64,000 bases of DNA, taken from contig NC_027218.1 of assembly GCF_000981445.1 (NCBI RefSeq), positions 1,488,001 to 1,552,000 on the forward strand. The letters are read 5' to 3'. Position numbers and translations under genes: made by a program. Shown in pieces: positions 36,442 to 47,035 of this stretch (positions within the stretch are counted from its first letter, which is position 1; the number at the start of each line of letters is the position of its first letter). This stretch comes from Babesia bigemina (lineage: Eukaryota). The notes under the pieces are model-generated. The model did no database searches and was not told the DNA's origin. It was given only the letters and a program-made list of their open reading frames with translations.

Positions 36442-37144
36442 ATGACGGACAATACCGTCGAAATAGCCTCCCAAGGCAATGAGCGACCAGATTGGCTCGT
36501 GTACCCCGCAGACTCCTACAGGTTCCGCGAGGATTCCGCACCCATCGGACGCGGCCTGCTGTTCAAGAGCTCGGATGAGATCGTGCGGAAGCGCATCCGA
36601 GCCTACAACCAGAAAGGGTTGCGCATCACGGTCTGCGGCGTGATTCTGTGCCATCGCAATGGGTTCCCGCACATCATGCTCCTGACGGATTCGGAGGGTT
36701 CTTGCGGGCTGCTGGGTGGCAAGTGCAGAGTATTCGAGAACCCGAAGGAGGCACTGCGGCGGAAGGTAGCGCGGTTCATTTCAGTCGCTCGTAAGGGAGC
36801 GCTCCAGCTCGACCTCCGCGCCAACGCCGAAAACGTCAACGTCGGCGAGTTTCTCGGCGAGTTCTGGCGGCAGGACTATGATTCGGAGGTCTTGCCGTAT
36901 CTGCCAATTCATGTCAACCGCCCTCGGGAGAGGATTCTGATTTACCAGGTAGTGTGTGACAAAATGCCGATTCAGAATGTTACAGGTGACGCTGCGTGAC
37001 CACTGTTCGATCGTGGCTCCGAGCGGACTCCAGATAATCCCGGTGCCGCTTCACGACTTCTACCTTCCGGAGCAGGGTGTGGCCATATCGGCGCTGCCTC
37101 ACCTTCTCGCGCGCTTCAACATGTCTTTCATGCATCATGTCTAA
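36442..37144 (+). CDS. CPSF5: Cleavage factor Im 25 kDa subunit (NUDT21/CPSF5), 2 exons
   Basis: YP..SY.F, GLRITV.GV, HRNGFPHIMLL, LLGGK, FWR, LPYLP.H, PLHD; 37-nt intron 36949-36985. Confidence 0.9.
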
Positions 37145-37235
37145 TGGCGGGCACGTAAAGTGCAGAGTTCCGCTTGTAACATAAGACCAAGTATTGCTAA
37201 TGGTTAACCTGTTCCTCGCTGACATCGGCGCGGTG

Positions 37236-38232
37236 ATGTGTCCGTTGTTGCTGCTGACGGTGTTTCTGGGCATCTGCCTAACGCCGGGCGCCGCGGCTCG
37301 GCACACAACGACTACAAGGGACCAGTAAGGTACTAAATGGCTGCTTACACGTGGCTGTAGGCGGCTGCTAGGGCTGCAGAAAGTCTACACCCGCATCCCG
37401 GTGTGTACAACGCTCAAGGTGTGTCGTCTGTCTTCTCGCTCATTGCGCTCAGCCGGAGTCTGTAACCATGAACACCATTTGCCTATCTTCATGTGGAAAC
37501 GGACCGGATGACACTACTCTGGTGTGTAGCCCTCAAGCTGAGAGTAGGTTGTCCCTCATCGGCTTCACGTTCCGCAGCGTGGAAGACCCGGCTGGCGGTG
37601 GACGCTAAGAGCGACTTCTCCCTAACGGATGGTGGGTTTGCTTTCATATATGGACAACTATAATGGTTGGCATGCGTATTGCGGTTACATGGAGGCCGTA
37701 AGGGCCACTTGATGGTCACTCGAACATGACAATCGACAGTGATGGTACATGTTTGTCTCATTACATCGCGTTAAATGCGTGAATCGCCCGAACAACGTTC
37801 CTGCGGATCAATCACTGCCACAGATTGCCTGGACGGGAAGAAGCGCTACAAGTGTTTACCGTACGAGGTAGGTCCCGTCAACGTCAGCATTTTCACACCG
37901 GTATTCGTACAGAGCTCCGAGATCCAGTGCATGGACGCTGCGTTCGCCACGTACCCCGTAGGGTTCAGCTGCTTCACCAGCTGCGGCGAGCTGAAATGCC
38001 CGTCTGACGACTTCATGAAGCCATCTGTTTCGGACGACTTTAAGGTTGGTGCACATGAACGAGGTGTGACGGAGTTCAGCTCGCCGACTGCAAGAGCAGC
38101 TACCGAGTGCGCTGCCGGATACACCCTAATAACGAGAACCAGCAGATCAACGTGCCAGACTTAACCATGGAGCTGCAGCTGGGCGGCCGCAGCTACCTCG
38201 GCAAGGCGTTGCGCCCGGCCGCATCGCAATGA
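37236..38232 (+). CDS. Secreted Cys-rich protein (221 aa, 6 exons) with two 6-cysteine repeats
   Basis: Exons 37236-37324, 37361-37418, 37453-37543, 37578-37631, 37824-38044 and 38080-38232 splice in frame through GT-AG; signal MCPLLLLTVFLGICLTPGAAA; CLSSCG and CFTSCG repeats. Confidence 0.75.
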
Positions 38233-38527
38233 GCTCAGTCACTGAATGCAGCTTAATATTTTATACGTCATCTCGAGCTCGTTGGTGCCGCTTTAACGCG
38301 GACAACGACCGTCATCCACCTCGCGCAGTCATCCGCGCCTCGTTGCCCCTGTTGCAGGCATGATGCCGCCGATGTGCAACGCGATGTGGTGAGCGGATAG
38401 GCCCGGCTCTGTGAAAAGCATCTAACTTGCACCGTCAAATTCGGATACGTCGAGTGTGATCGCCCAGCTGATAAGCGGCTTTCCTTCCATTGTGTACACG
38501 AGGTGCTCGCGTCGTACTTTTGCCAAC

Positions 38528-38822
38528 ATGAACTTCGCCGTCTGCTTCTCGGCCTTCGTGGCGCTTTTCTCCACCTTGTTTGCCGGTAAGTTGACCGGTG
38601 TGTCAACGAAACATTTGCGCTGCAGTCCCGGCCATCACCACTCCTGCTGAGGACAACAAAGGTGTGTGTTAGAATCGTTCGTGCTAAGTTCGCGCAGGAG
38701 CTTTGAAAGAGTTTATGGTGCTGAAGAACAACGACCGCTTCGTCGCCCGCAGCTACGGTACCTTCTCTCTCCCGAATGTGTTGCCGCGCAAGCAGGAGGC
38801 GGAGCCCGCCAAGGCGACGTGA
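38528..38822 (+). CDS. 72-aa secreted microprotein (3 exons)
   Basis: Introns 38586-38625 and 38662-38697 (GT-AG, 40 and 36 nt) give MNFAVCFSAFVALFSTLFAVPAITTPAEDNKGALKEFMVLKNNDRFVARSYGTFSLPNVLPRKQEAEPAKAT. Confidence 0.7.
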
Positions 38823-38847
38823 TTAAACGTTTTCATAACCGCGCGCC

Positions 38848-39577
38848 ATGAGGCGCATGACCTTCGCCGATATCTATGCGATACGTAGTATCGAAAAGGA
38901 CAGGTTCACCGAACTCTATGGCTTCGCCGAGTATTTGATGTTCCTAGTTTATTACCCTAACCTGTGCCTAGTTATCGACGTTGATGGCGAACTTGCCGCC
39001 TTTATAATTGGTTAGTAGTTGTATCAGTAAGACGGTGTGCGGTGGCTTCGTGTTGACAACGGATTTTGAAGGGCCGTCGGTGTGCCGGCCACGGCGTCCA
39101 GGCGACGCCGTCGCTGCACATTGGGAAATCCGACGGCCAAGTTTTAGTGACAGTTGCATGAATTGTTTGGTTGTCTTCGATTCGGGAAGCGCGTGTCTGC
39201 TCATGTGAATGCGTCGCCCTGCCGTACACCGGAGACGCATATTGCGTCACTCCCGCCAATACACATGACCTCATCTCGCCACAGGCAAAACGGAAATAGA
39301 GAACGGGGACACATACGGACACGTCTCGTCCTTGGTAGTGCGTCCGGCGTTCAGAAGGCAAAAGTTTGCGACGCGGTTGATGCAGGAGTTTGAACGGGTG
39401 TGTCGCGAGGAGCTGCGCTGCGCATTCGTAAACTTTTTCGTCAATCCGGATAACAAGGCCGCGTTGGCGCTCTACGAGAAGCTGGGGTACCGCGTACACT
39501 GCAGGCTCCCGAAGTACTACAACACCGAAAACGACGCGTATGATATGCGCAAGCCGATAAACGCAGAATCGTCGTGA
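38848..39577 (+). CDS. GNAT N-terminal acetyltransferase, NAA20/Nat3-like (divergent), 2 exons
   Basis: FTELY, IIGK.E, YGHVSSLVVRP.FRR...A..LM, FVNFFV..DN, LYEKLGY, YY...DAYDMRK; intron 39011-39284. Confidence 0.82.
39055..39263 (+). other. Structured intronic element (candidate ncRNA)
   Basis: Nested perfect stems 39072-80/39130-38, 39081-85/39116-20, 39091-98/39104-11; also 39055-60/39170-75 and 39209-15/39234-40. Confidence 0.5.
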
Positions 39578-39594
39578 CTTAACATACAGTAACA

Positions 39595-39903
39595 ATGGCT
39601 GAGGAGAGCGACATTAAGCTTGCTGCGTTGCGCCGTTTGATGCGCGAGATGGATTACTACCGCGCCGAGTTGAACACGCTGCGCTCCGAGCTGGCCAAGG
39701 CCGAGGTGAGTAGACACAGTTGAGGCACCTTATCCCACGTGTAGGAAGGCTCCGAGCACAAGCGTGTGAGCATGTTGGTGTCCGAGAACGTTGCGGTGAT
39801 GCGTGCGACGCGTGACAAGATGGCGGAGTACTCCCGCGACCTTGCCGAGATGGGCGTCGAAACACCCGCAGACGTGTTGGCCGCAATCAACTCGGAAATT
39901 TGA
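39595..39903 (+). CDS. TBCA: Tubulin-binding cofactor A-like protein (89 aa, 2 exons)
   Basis: IKLAALRRLMREMDYYRAE resembles the TBCA IK...RL.KE...Y..E pattern; helical; 39-nt intron 39706-39744. Confidence 0.65.
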
Positions 39904-39923
39904 TCGGTGGCGCTCTGATGCGC

Positions 39924-40418
39924 TCACAGAGGGAGGTGGCCCACCGAGTTCACGTCGTTTTTCCACTGGTTCATTCCCAGCACGTCTTCGAAGAAGCTCG
40001 TGTTCACCACTTGCACGGTTGAGTCCAGGTTGCGTGCCTGCTGGATGCGATACATGCGCGCCACCTTGGTGGCACACTGCGGACCGGCGAAGAAGTAGTC
40101 CGATGTTGCGATTTCGGAGCAGTCGCAGACGACCTGCGCGTAGCCGCCCTGGCCTGTACCTATGCGGCAGGTGGACCCGTTCAGGCAGTAACTAAGGGCC
40201 GCGCTATCGCCTGGCAGCAGGGTGCGACACAGCGGCAAGCTACTCAGGTCGTGTTCTTGCGACAGCTCTTCAAGTCGTTGGCCGGCCGGAATCGCCTCGG
40301 CCGTTTTCATCAGCCAAATTAACGCCGCCGCCGCCGCTGCGCATGTGTGAAATCGAGTCGCAACATAATGAGGTATAATGGAGTCACCACGGGCATACAA
40401 ACGGATGATTAACGCCAC
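39924..40418 (-). CDS. Small EGF-like domain protein (start codon unresolved)
   Basis: C...YCLNGSTC...VCDC...FAGPQC EGF cysteine pattern preceded by a hydrophobic Ala-rich segment. Confidence 0.65.
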   Translation of the reverse strand: MALIIRLYARGDSIIPHYVATRFHTCAAAAAALIWLMKTAEAIPAGQRLEELSQEHDLSSLPLCRTLLPGDSAALSYCLNGSTCRIGTGQGGYAQVVCDCSEIATSDYFFAGPQCATKVARMYRIQQARNLDSTVQVVNTSFFEDVLGMNQWKNDVNSVGHLPL

Positions 40419-40895
40419 AAGTTAACGCCGTCCACCCTTTACAACAGTGGACATTGCTTTTCATAATTAATACGTAACCGTGTAGCATGGTCAACTGGCC
40501 GCATAGCGCATGTTATTCGGCCGCGCTCGTTTCCGCATATATGGCACACTTGTTTTCCCAGCAGCGGCTCACAACGCTTGAATATGCAGAAGGTCACGTA
40601 AGGCATGTAAATCCTACCTTGGCAGATGAGCGCCAGCCCCGGCCTCATGGTTCGTAGGTAGGACGGCTCCGGCACGACGCCGCCACTGTATCGTACATGT
40701 CACCTTAACAGGCTGCGAAAGCCACAATCACCGGCATATTTGCCAGGAAATATTGTGAAATACACGTAGGCGCCGACGCTCCCGTGTCTACACACCGCGA
40801 ATTGAAAGGCGCAGCGCTACACACTGGAAGCTGCTAAGCAGATCTCTATAACATTATATCGTACACAGGAGCAAGCTGAGCACGTTCCTTTAAAC

Positions 40896-42512
40896 TCAGT
40901 AGCTGCATCCCACCAAATCGCGGATGTTTCTGATGTTGTGGCGAATCATGGTAGGCCGCTCGAGGCTGAGCCCCCAACCAACGACCGACACCCCCTCGGG
41001 CAGGCCCATTGGCAGCAGCATCTCGGGCCTGAAGATGCCACTGTTGCCGATCTCGACCCATCTGAACGGTGTTATGAGTTTCGAGCAGCATGTAGCTCTT
41101 ACTTTTTGAGGTCAGGGTGGTACCCGTAGATCTCCATGGAAGGCTCGGTGTACGGGTTGTACGCCGGCTTGTACCGCAGCTCCTCGATGCCTATGGCCGA
41201 ATAGAATGCCGACAGGACGCCCATTAGGTGCCCCAGACCCAGGCCGAAGCCGATCATCACACCCTCCACCTGGTTGAATTCGCACAGGTGGGTTGCGTCC
41301 ATGCTCTCGTTCCGGAAGACGCGGTCGATCGAGAAGAACTTCCTGGGCAGGGTGTGCTTGATATGGTCGAATTGCTCCGCCATGCCCTTGAGCAGCCTGG
41401 CGGTGCACGCGGTGGTGTGGGTCCTCAGCACCAGCTTGCGGGACTCATCCAGCTTCCAGTCGTACTGCCACCCCGTGCTGCCGTAGCGGCTGCCATCGCC
41501 GTGGGCCTCCGCCACCGCGTCGATGTACTCCTGGCCGACACCCTCGAGGTTGGCGAGCTCGGGAGCCTTCGTGAAGAAGGTGTCCTGGGAGTCGCGGGCC
41601 GGGTGCTGCTGCGGTATGTACAGGGCGTCGAAGCACAGGAAGCTCGACTCCACGTAGTTCGCAGTGTCCAGCTCTTCGAACCCCATCGACGTGAATATCT
41701 CACGGAACTCGCGCATCGTACGCGTGAGCGGGTGCAAGGCGCCGCGCGATATGCGCTTACCGCTCGAGAAGAAGTTGTACGGCTTCATGTCGGACGCCGA
41801 CCACGACTTACGCTCCTGCAGAAGCTCCTGGGTCAGGTCAGTGATCTGCTGCGTGATCTGGCACTGGAACTTGTCTGTCTTGCGCACGAGATACGACACT
41901 TCAACCTGCGAATCCATCAACTTGCGCTTCTTCAGGTCGTCAAGCTCGGAGCGCAGCTTCTTTTCATCCGTCAAAACGGCCTTCAGGGCCTCGAGCATCG
42001 CCTGCTCATCTGAGCCATGTGACTCGATCAGCTGCAGCAGCTTCTTGGTAACGTCCTCAGCAGTGGAATTGCCAGCGGCGCCCAGCGACAGCTGCTGGCC
42101 CGCCGTGACGCGGAGCATGGACGCACGCAGAGCCTTCTTGAGACCATGTTCCGCACTAGGTATGCCAGCGCTAGCCTCAGCGATCGTGATGGGCTGCAGA
42201 ATGTGTTCGTTCGGCAGTTTCATTACGTACCTCGGTGGACGCACGCACGCGCTCCAGCAGCCTGAACTCAGGCGACCCTTCTGCGGCGTACAGCTTGCCC
42301 TCGGCGCTCAGCGAATATCTCCTGCTACGGCACTCCTCGAGGGTCACGTAGCCCTTGGCCATCAGGCTCTTCGCCGCGTTGATCACCTTCGGGTGCTCGG
42401 CGCCCGGGCCCAGCGACAGCGTGCTGACTGCAGCGTCCGCGGGCCCTCCCGCCGGCAGCGCGGAGTCTATGGCGCGCAGGATCTGCAATATATTGTCTTC
42501 TTTGGTACACAT
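40896..42512 (-). CDS. FARSA: Phenylalanyl-tRNA synthetase alpha subunit (cytosolic), 3 exons
   Basis: [68 protein letters not shown]; introns 42194-42230 and 41062-41102. Confidence 0.96.
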
Positions 42513-42738
42513 TTCTATCCAGTGGCCGCAGCTCGGCCGTCACGCAGCCGACACACCCGGCGCCTTCCACGGCACACCACATATACGCAGTCACGCTGTC
42601 TACATATACCGCGATTATATATACAGAGCTGTTATTCTACGAAAGAAATATACGCTCCTCGGGCGTACAGACAGCGCGCTGTATTACAGCGCAGCAACGG
42701 CACCAGGTCACAAGACCCAGTTCGACACGTAACCGCGG

Positions 42739-45700
42739 TCACTTCTTCTTGAAAAACATCGATATGAGGGTGTTCCGGAATCCTTGAGAGTAGCTGCGTT
42801 GGCTCGATGCTTCGTTCGCGTCGTCCTGCGCGTCAGGCTCCGCGGATTTCGGCGACTTATCTGGCGAGAGTTCATCCCCTCCAAGTGGCGACTTGCCACT
42901 TGCAGACTTGTGTGGAGTGGTGGCTGAGGTAACGGCAGCAGACGGTGTCACAGTGATGTTGCTGCGCTCCGCAGCGACGCCGTTGCCGCACGTACGGTCC
43001 AGGCCACCAGCGCCTGTCGGCAGTGCCAGATCGTCGAAGTCGGAAAGTTTGAGCGGGTGCTCGTCGTGACTGACCGGACTCACATCTCCGTAGCTCAGGC
43101 TGCTCACAACGCAACCCATGCTCTGCAGAGGGTTGGGTAAGTCTGAGCTGCTTCCCGCTGTCGAAAAACGACCCGAATCGCCCAAGCATGCACGTTTGCT
43201 CGGTGATACAGCCGCGGCAGCTATGTCGAGCACGTCATGGCTCACCGACAGATTCAGCCGGCCCCGCTTTGGGTCCCCGCTCACCTTCGCCGGCGTCGGA
43301 TTTCGCAGCGGTGTTGAGTACTCTTTGTTGTTGTGCGAAGGTGGGTTCCTGAGAACAGTCGTCGCATCGTGTGTCAACGTGGCCCTGGACTTCAGACGGG
43401 CCATATGTTCCAGTATCTTCGTTTGGGTGGTTTGGTTGTGCCCCAAGGAAGAGAAAACAGACGAATTCCCCGATGTGCGGAGCACTGCTGAATCGGAGTG
43501 GGACAGATTCCTCGAAGCGTTGAGGCTGGGTGAAGCTCCTGCCAAGAAATCCAACATTACATCCCCGCTGCCCAACATCGAGGACCCCAAATCCACCGAT
43601 TCGTTCAGGTCGGCAGAAGGAACACTGTTAGGGGCGCTGTTTATTCCTAGTGCCGGATTGGTGGTAGCGGTGCCATGTATTCGAACCGGTGAATGCATAA
43701 TGGCTGCGCTTTTTGCACTCAGTGACGCGTTCGCCTTGGCTAAGTCAGCCTCGTTTAACGACCTGCTCATAGCCACACCTGCGGATGCGCCCAGCTTAGA
43801 AGCAGCTCCCTTGAACGCATAGCGGCTTAGTCCCAAGGAGGCATTGCTGGACTGGCTTACGTTCAACACTCCCGATCCTTTGAGTGCATCGCGACTTTTA
43901 CCGTTGTCAGAATTGCTCGCCATCACCGTATCCCCAATACCGGTGGAGTTATTGAGCGGTGGGACCTCGTCAGATTGTTGCACTTTTGTTACGGTCTTAG
44001 GGTCATCAGATTGCGCGTTTGATAGTGATCTGTTTAATGGCACGTAGGTGCTCGTGTGTGATGTATTGAGGCCCTGTGACGAACGGACGGATTCAGTATG
44101 CGCCACCGCTGCACGCTCAACCAGCTCCCCATACACGTCATCAGACAGCTGCTCACCAATATGCGCAGCCATCTCCTTCTGTAGGGTCTTTCGCATACCT
44201 TCCACGGTTTTCCTCACATAATCAGCTATAGATTGCGCCTCCATGCCGGCGGCAAAACGCTCCACGGCGCCGTTTAGGTCGCGTTCCAGAAGGACTTTGA
44301 GCTTGAGCTTGTTTTCAATCACCGGGAAAACGTGGCTCCTGACGTCAGCGCCGACGCTGCTGCCGCCGGCCACTTTTGAGTCCTTAGGACTGCTTTCTTC
44401 AGACCCCTCGTCGGGGCGGTGTTGTCTGTTTTGCTTCTGCCAGAACCTCAACATGTCGGCGGGGTTTGCAACTCTGTTGGCGAAATCGTTGCCAAACGAA
44501 CGCGGGTTGATGGAGTCGAACCCAGTATGCTCCACCCGTAACCTCACCAGAGGCAGCCTCTCGGCATCCTGGATGGCCTTTTCCAACTTGAATTTGGCAT
44601 TTCGCGGTAACACTATATTGGCTATTTCAGATGCACGCAGTGCGGTCTTGGGCCTGTTGCGCATAGCGCGTAGGACGTGCTCCACCATCACCGAGAGCCT
44701 GGACCATATCTCCTTTTCGCCTCCGTTTGCGATGGCCAGTTGAGAGAGGTTGATATCGCTGTAGTGTAGTTGCCTCGCGGACTCCAGGGTGATGGGATAA
44801 AATTTTACATCATCGGGGCCCAACTCCATGAGGCAGCAATGCTTGGGCGCCATTTCCGCTTGAGCCATCGATGTATGCACCGTAGACCCCAGCTGCAATA
44901 CTTGGAAATCCCGCGATTCGCTTCTCTGAGGAAACTTGAGGCATTCGTGTTCGTGGCCCCAAATCACCAGGTCCAGCCATCCGGGAAGGAAAGAATCCGG
45001 TATGTAGTCTTTCACGCCCTTTCCTCTGCGAGCATAGCGATTTTGGTGGAAAAGCAGGATCTTGTACCAATGGTGCTGTGATTCGTCCGGGGGAACGAAA
45101 TGCACGCGGCCACTCTCGAAGGCCTCATACAGGCATTCGTCCTTCACCCAACCCAAACCGTACAGAGCCACTTTAATATTTTCCTTGCTGATCAGGATCG
45201 GGTGCAACTCGACCTTTTTCATGTCATTCGCGGTGCCCAGAAAGGTGACCAGCCCTGAGACGTCCAACAAATCTATGGGAGAGAGCCCATTTACTGCAGT
45301 TGGGTTGTCATGATTCCCGTGGATTACAAAAAATGGTATCCTTCGCTCTCGTGAAATCGGCATGTCCATGCCTTTTAGCGCTGCCCTCCTTTGGTCCTCG
45401 TTACGGGGTCTGCAGCTTTTGGGGATCTCTATCCCCAGCGTGCTGGCCGCCCCCTCGCCGACGCCATCGCCGCGGCGGCAGTACCGCCTAAGCAACTCCA
45501 TGGCACGGTACATCACCCCGCGTGACGGGTGCGAATCGTCGAACAAATCGCCTGAGTGGAATATAGCGTCAACGCAGAGGTGCTTCGCCAGAAACAATGC
45601 CTCCTCAAACGTGTTGAAGGCGTCGTTTCCACGGATGGAGTCTGACTCCTTGTGACCCAGGTGACTGTCGGTGAAAATCAGCGCGCGGAACATCCCCGCG

Positions 45701-46539
45701 TCTAGGGGGTCATCAAAGCCTGCAAGTTCGTCGTGCAACTCGCGCTGCATAACGTGCGTCATGGCCTGCTGAAACTGTGATTGAACAGCCGGCTGCATGA
45801 CCTGCGATTGTTGGTACAGATGCGTTTGAGTTATACCGAGCTGGTCGCTGTGTTGGAACGGCTGTGGCTGGATGCCTTGGCGCATATCGAGCGGGGCTTG
45901 GCGTAGTGGAGAGTTGTGTATGTCCACGTCCATCGCCGAAAGAAGGTCGGGTGGAATATTTTGTTGCATTCCTTGTGGTGCAATAGGATTGGTTCCATGC
46001 TTAATTCCCTGAGATACGGCTTGATGAGCCCCTAGTGGCGTCAGCTGGCTTGGGCCAGTGTTTCTTGGCTGCGATACGTCGAAAGGCGTGCGATCTCCAC
46101 AGCTGTCCGCAGTGCCACGTGAGTTGGGCAATGATGTAGAATTGCCAATAGGATGGTTGGGATCAGAGCCGGTAGCACGTGGTGTCTTGCTGCCATGCGG
46201 GCCGTTATTTGCCGCGCTGGCAGCACCCCCGCCGTATGCAGCCGAACGGCACGATGTGTCTGAGGCAGCAGGCTCTTCATAGCTGTTTGGGGCGCTTAGC
46301 GATGGAGTTGAGCCCTCTCCCTCCTCTGACAGCGTCGATTGGAACCTTGTGCCACCCCTGTGTGACTGCGACCGTATGGTCGACGACGAAGAGCTTGACA
46401 ACGCCGCATTCGACGTGCTAAGCTGCAGAGGAGTCCGCTTCGGCGCTACAGGCTTCTCCGGTGACACTGCATTCTCAATATCGTTCTTCTGCATCACCTT
46501 GTTCCACACGGACTTGAAGGACGTGAAGCGCGGCGCCAT
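42739..46539 (-). CDS. MRE11: Double-strand break repair nuclease MRE11
   Basis: TDSHLG, GDLFD, IHGNHDNP, FHQNR, WGHEHEC, LPLVRLRV, RVANP; first ATG at 46539. Confidence 0.94.
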   Translation of the reverse strand: MAPRFTSFKSVWNKVMQKNDIENAVSPEKPVAPKRTPLQLSTSNAALSSSSSSTIRSQSHRGGTRFQSTLSEEGEGSTPSLSAPNSYEEPAASDTSCRSAAYGGGAASAANNGPHGSKTPRATGSDPNHPIGNSTSLPNSRGTADSCGDRTPFDVSQPRNTGPSQLTPLGAHQAVSQGIKHGTNPIAPQGMQQNIPPDLLSAMDVDIHNSPLRQAPLDMRQGIQPQPFQHSDQLGITQTHLYQQSQVMQPAVQSQFQQAMTHVMQRELHDELAGFDDPLDAGMFRALIFTDSHLGHKESDSIRGNDAFNTFEEALFLAKHLCVDAIFHSGDLFDDSHPSRGVMYRAMELLRRYCRRGDGVGEGAASTLGIEIPKSCRPRNEDQRRAALKGMDMPISRERRIPFFVIHGNHDNPTAVNGLSPIDLLDVSGLVTFLGTANDMKKVELHPILISKENIKVALYGLGWVKDECLYEAFESGRVHFVPPDESQHHWYKILLFHQNRYARRGKGVKDYIPDSFLPGWLDLVIWGHEHECLKFPQRSESRDFQVLQLGSTVHTSMAQAEMAPKHCCLMELGPDDVKFYPITLESARQLHYSDINLSQLAIANGGEKEIWSRLSVMVEHVLRAMRNRPKTALRASEIANIVLPRNAKFKLEKAIQDAERLPLVRLRVEHTGFDSINPRSFGNDFANRVANPADMLRFWQKQNRQHRPDEGSEESSPKDSKVAGGSSVGADVRSHVFPVIENKLKLKVLLERDLNGAVERFAAGMEAQSIADYVRKTVEGMRKTLQKEMAAHIGEQLSDDVYGELVERAAVAHTESVRSSQGLNTSHTSTYVPLNRSLSNAQSDDPKTVTKVQQSDEVPPLNNSTGIGDTVMASNSDNGKSRDALKGSGVLNVSQSSNASLGLSRYAFKGAASKLGASAGVAMSRSLNEADLAKANASLSAKSAAIMHSPVRIHGTATTNPALGINSAPNSVPSADLNESVDLGSSMLGSGDVMLDFLAGASPSLNASRNLSHSDSAVLRTSGNSSVFSSLGHNQTTQTKILEHMARLKSRATLTHDATTVLRNPPSHNNKEYSTPLRNPTPAKVSGDPKRGRLNLSVSHDVLDIAAAAVSPSKRACLGDSGRFSTAGSSSDLPNPLQSMGCVVSSLSYGDVSPVSHDEHPLKLSDFDDLALPTGAGGLDRTCGNGVAAERSNITVTPSAAVTSATTPHKSASGKSPLGGDELSPDKSPKSAEPDAQDDANEASSQRSYSQGFRNTLISMFFKKK

Positions 46540-47035
46540 CTCGACCACCAACGGAAGATTATTGGCGCGAATACCGCTTCAACTGTTGTGTGTACAAATA
46601 CACACGACGCCTATGTGCGTCACACAGCGATACCGAGCAGCAATACGCCAACACGTCGTCGCTGGATTCCACAGTCCCAGCCTTCCACGCAAGATTCCAC
46701 TGGCGAACGCGCACCTAGGGGCGGCGCACCAGCAATATGAACAAGAAAAGCGCACTATAATTCCTCAATTATGTTGTAATGTGCTCGTGGAGCTCGTTAA
46801 TAGCCAAAATGTGCGCCACGCATCGCCACATCCCGAACGGCGCGAGGCAGGGAGTGGAGAGACCGCGACCAATCCATGTGGCCTCCCCGCACTTTTCTAC
46901 GGCTGATAGTAGACTTGACCCAGCTGTGTGAAGCTAGGAATAAGCGGATTCCTAATATTACGACCCCATATCCCACGTTGTCTCGCGGAGGCAAGCTCAA
47001 GACAATCACAAACCCACGAGGACACGCTTTGTAGG

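Noticed and set aside
39121..39134. TGGGAAATCCGA after a hairpin resembles eukaryotic RNase P CR-I
   Set aside because: No convincing complementary CR-V/P4 strand within the intron, and the motif pairs locally instead
41228..42752. Long plus-strand ORFs (261 and 362 aa)
   Set aside because: Antisense to GC3-rich FARSA; no independent motifs
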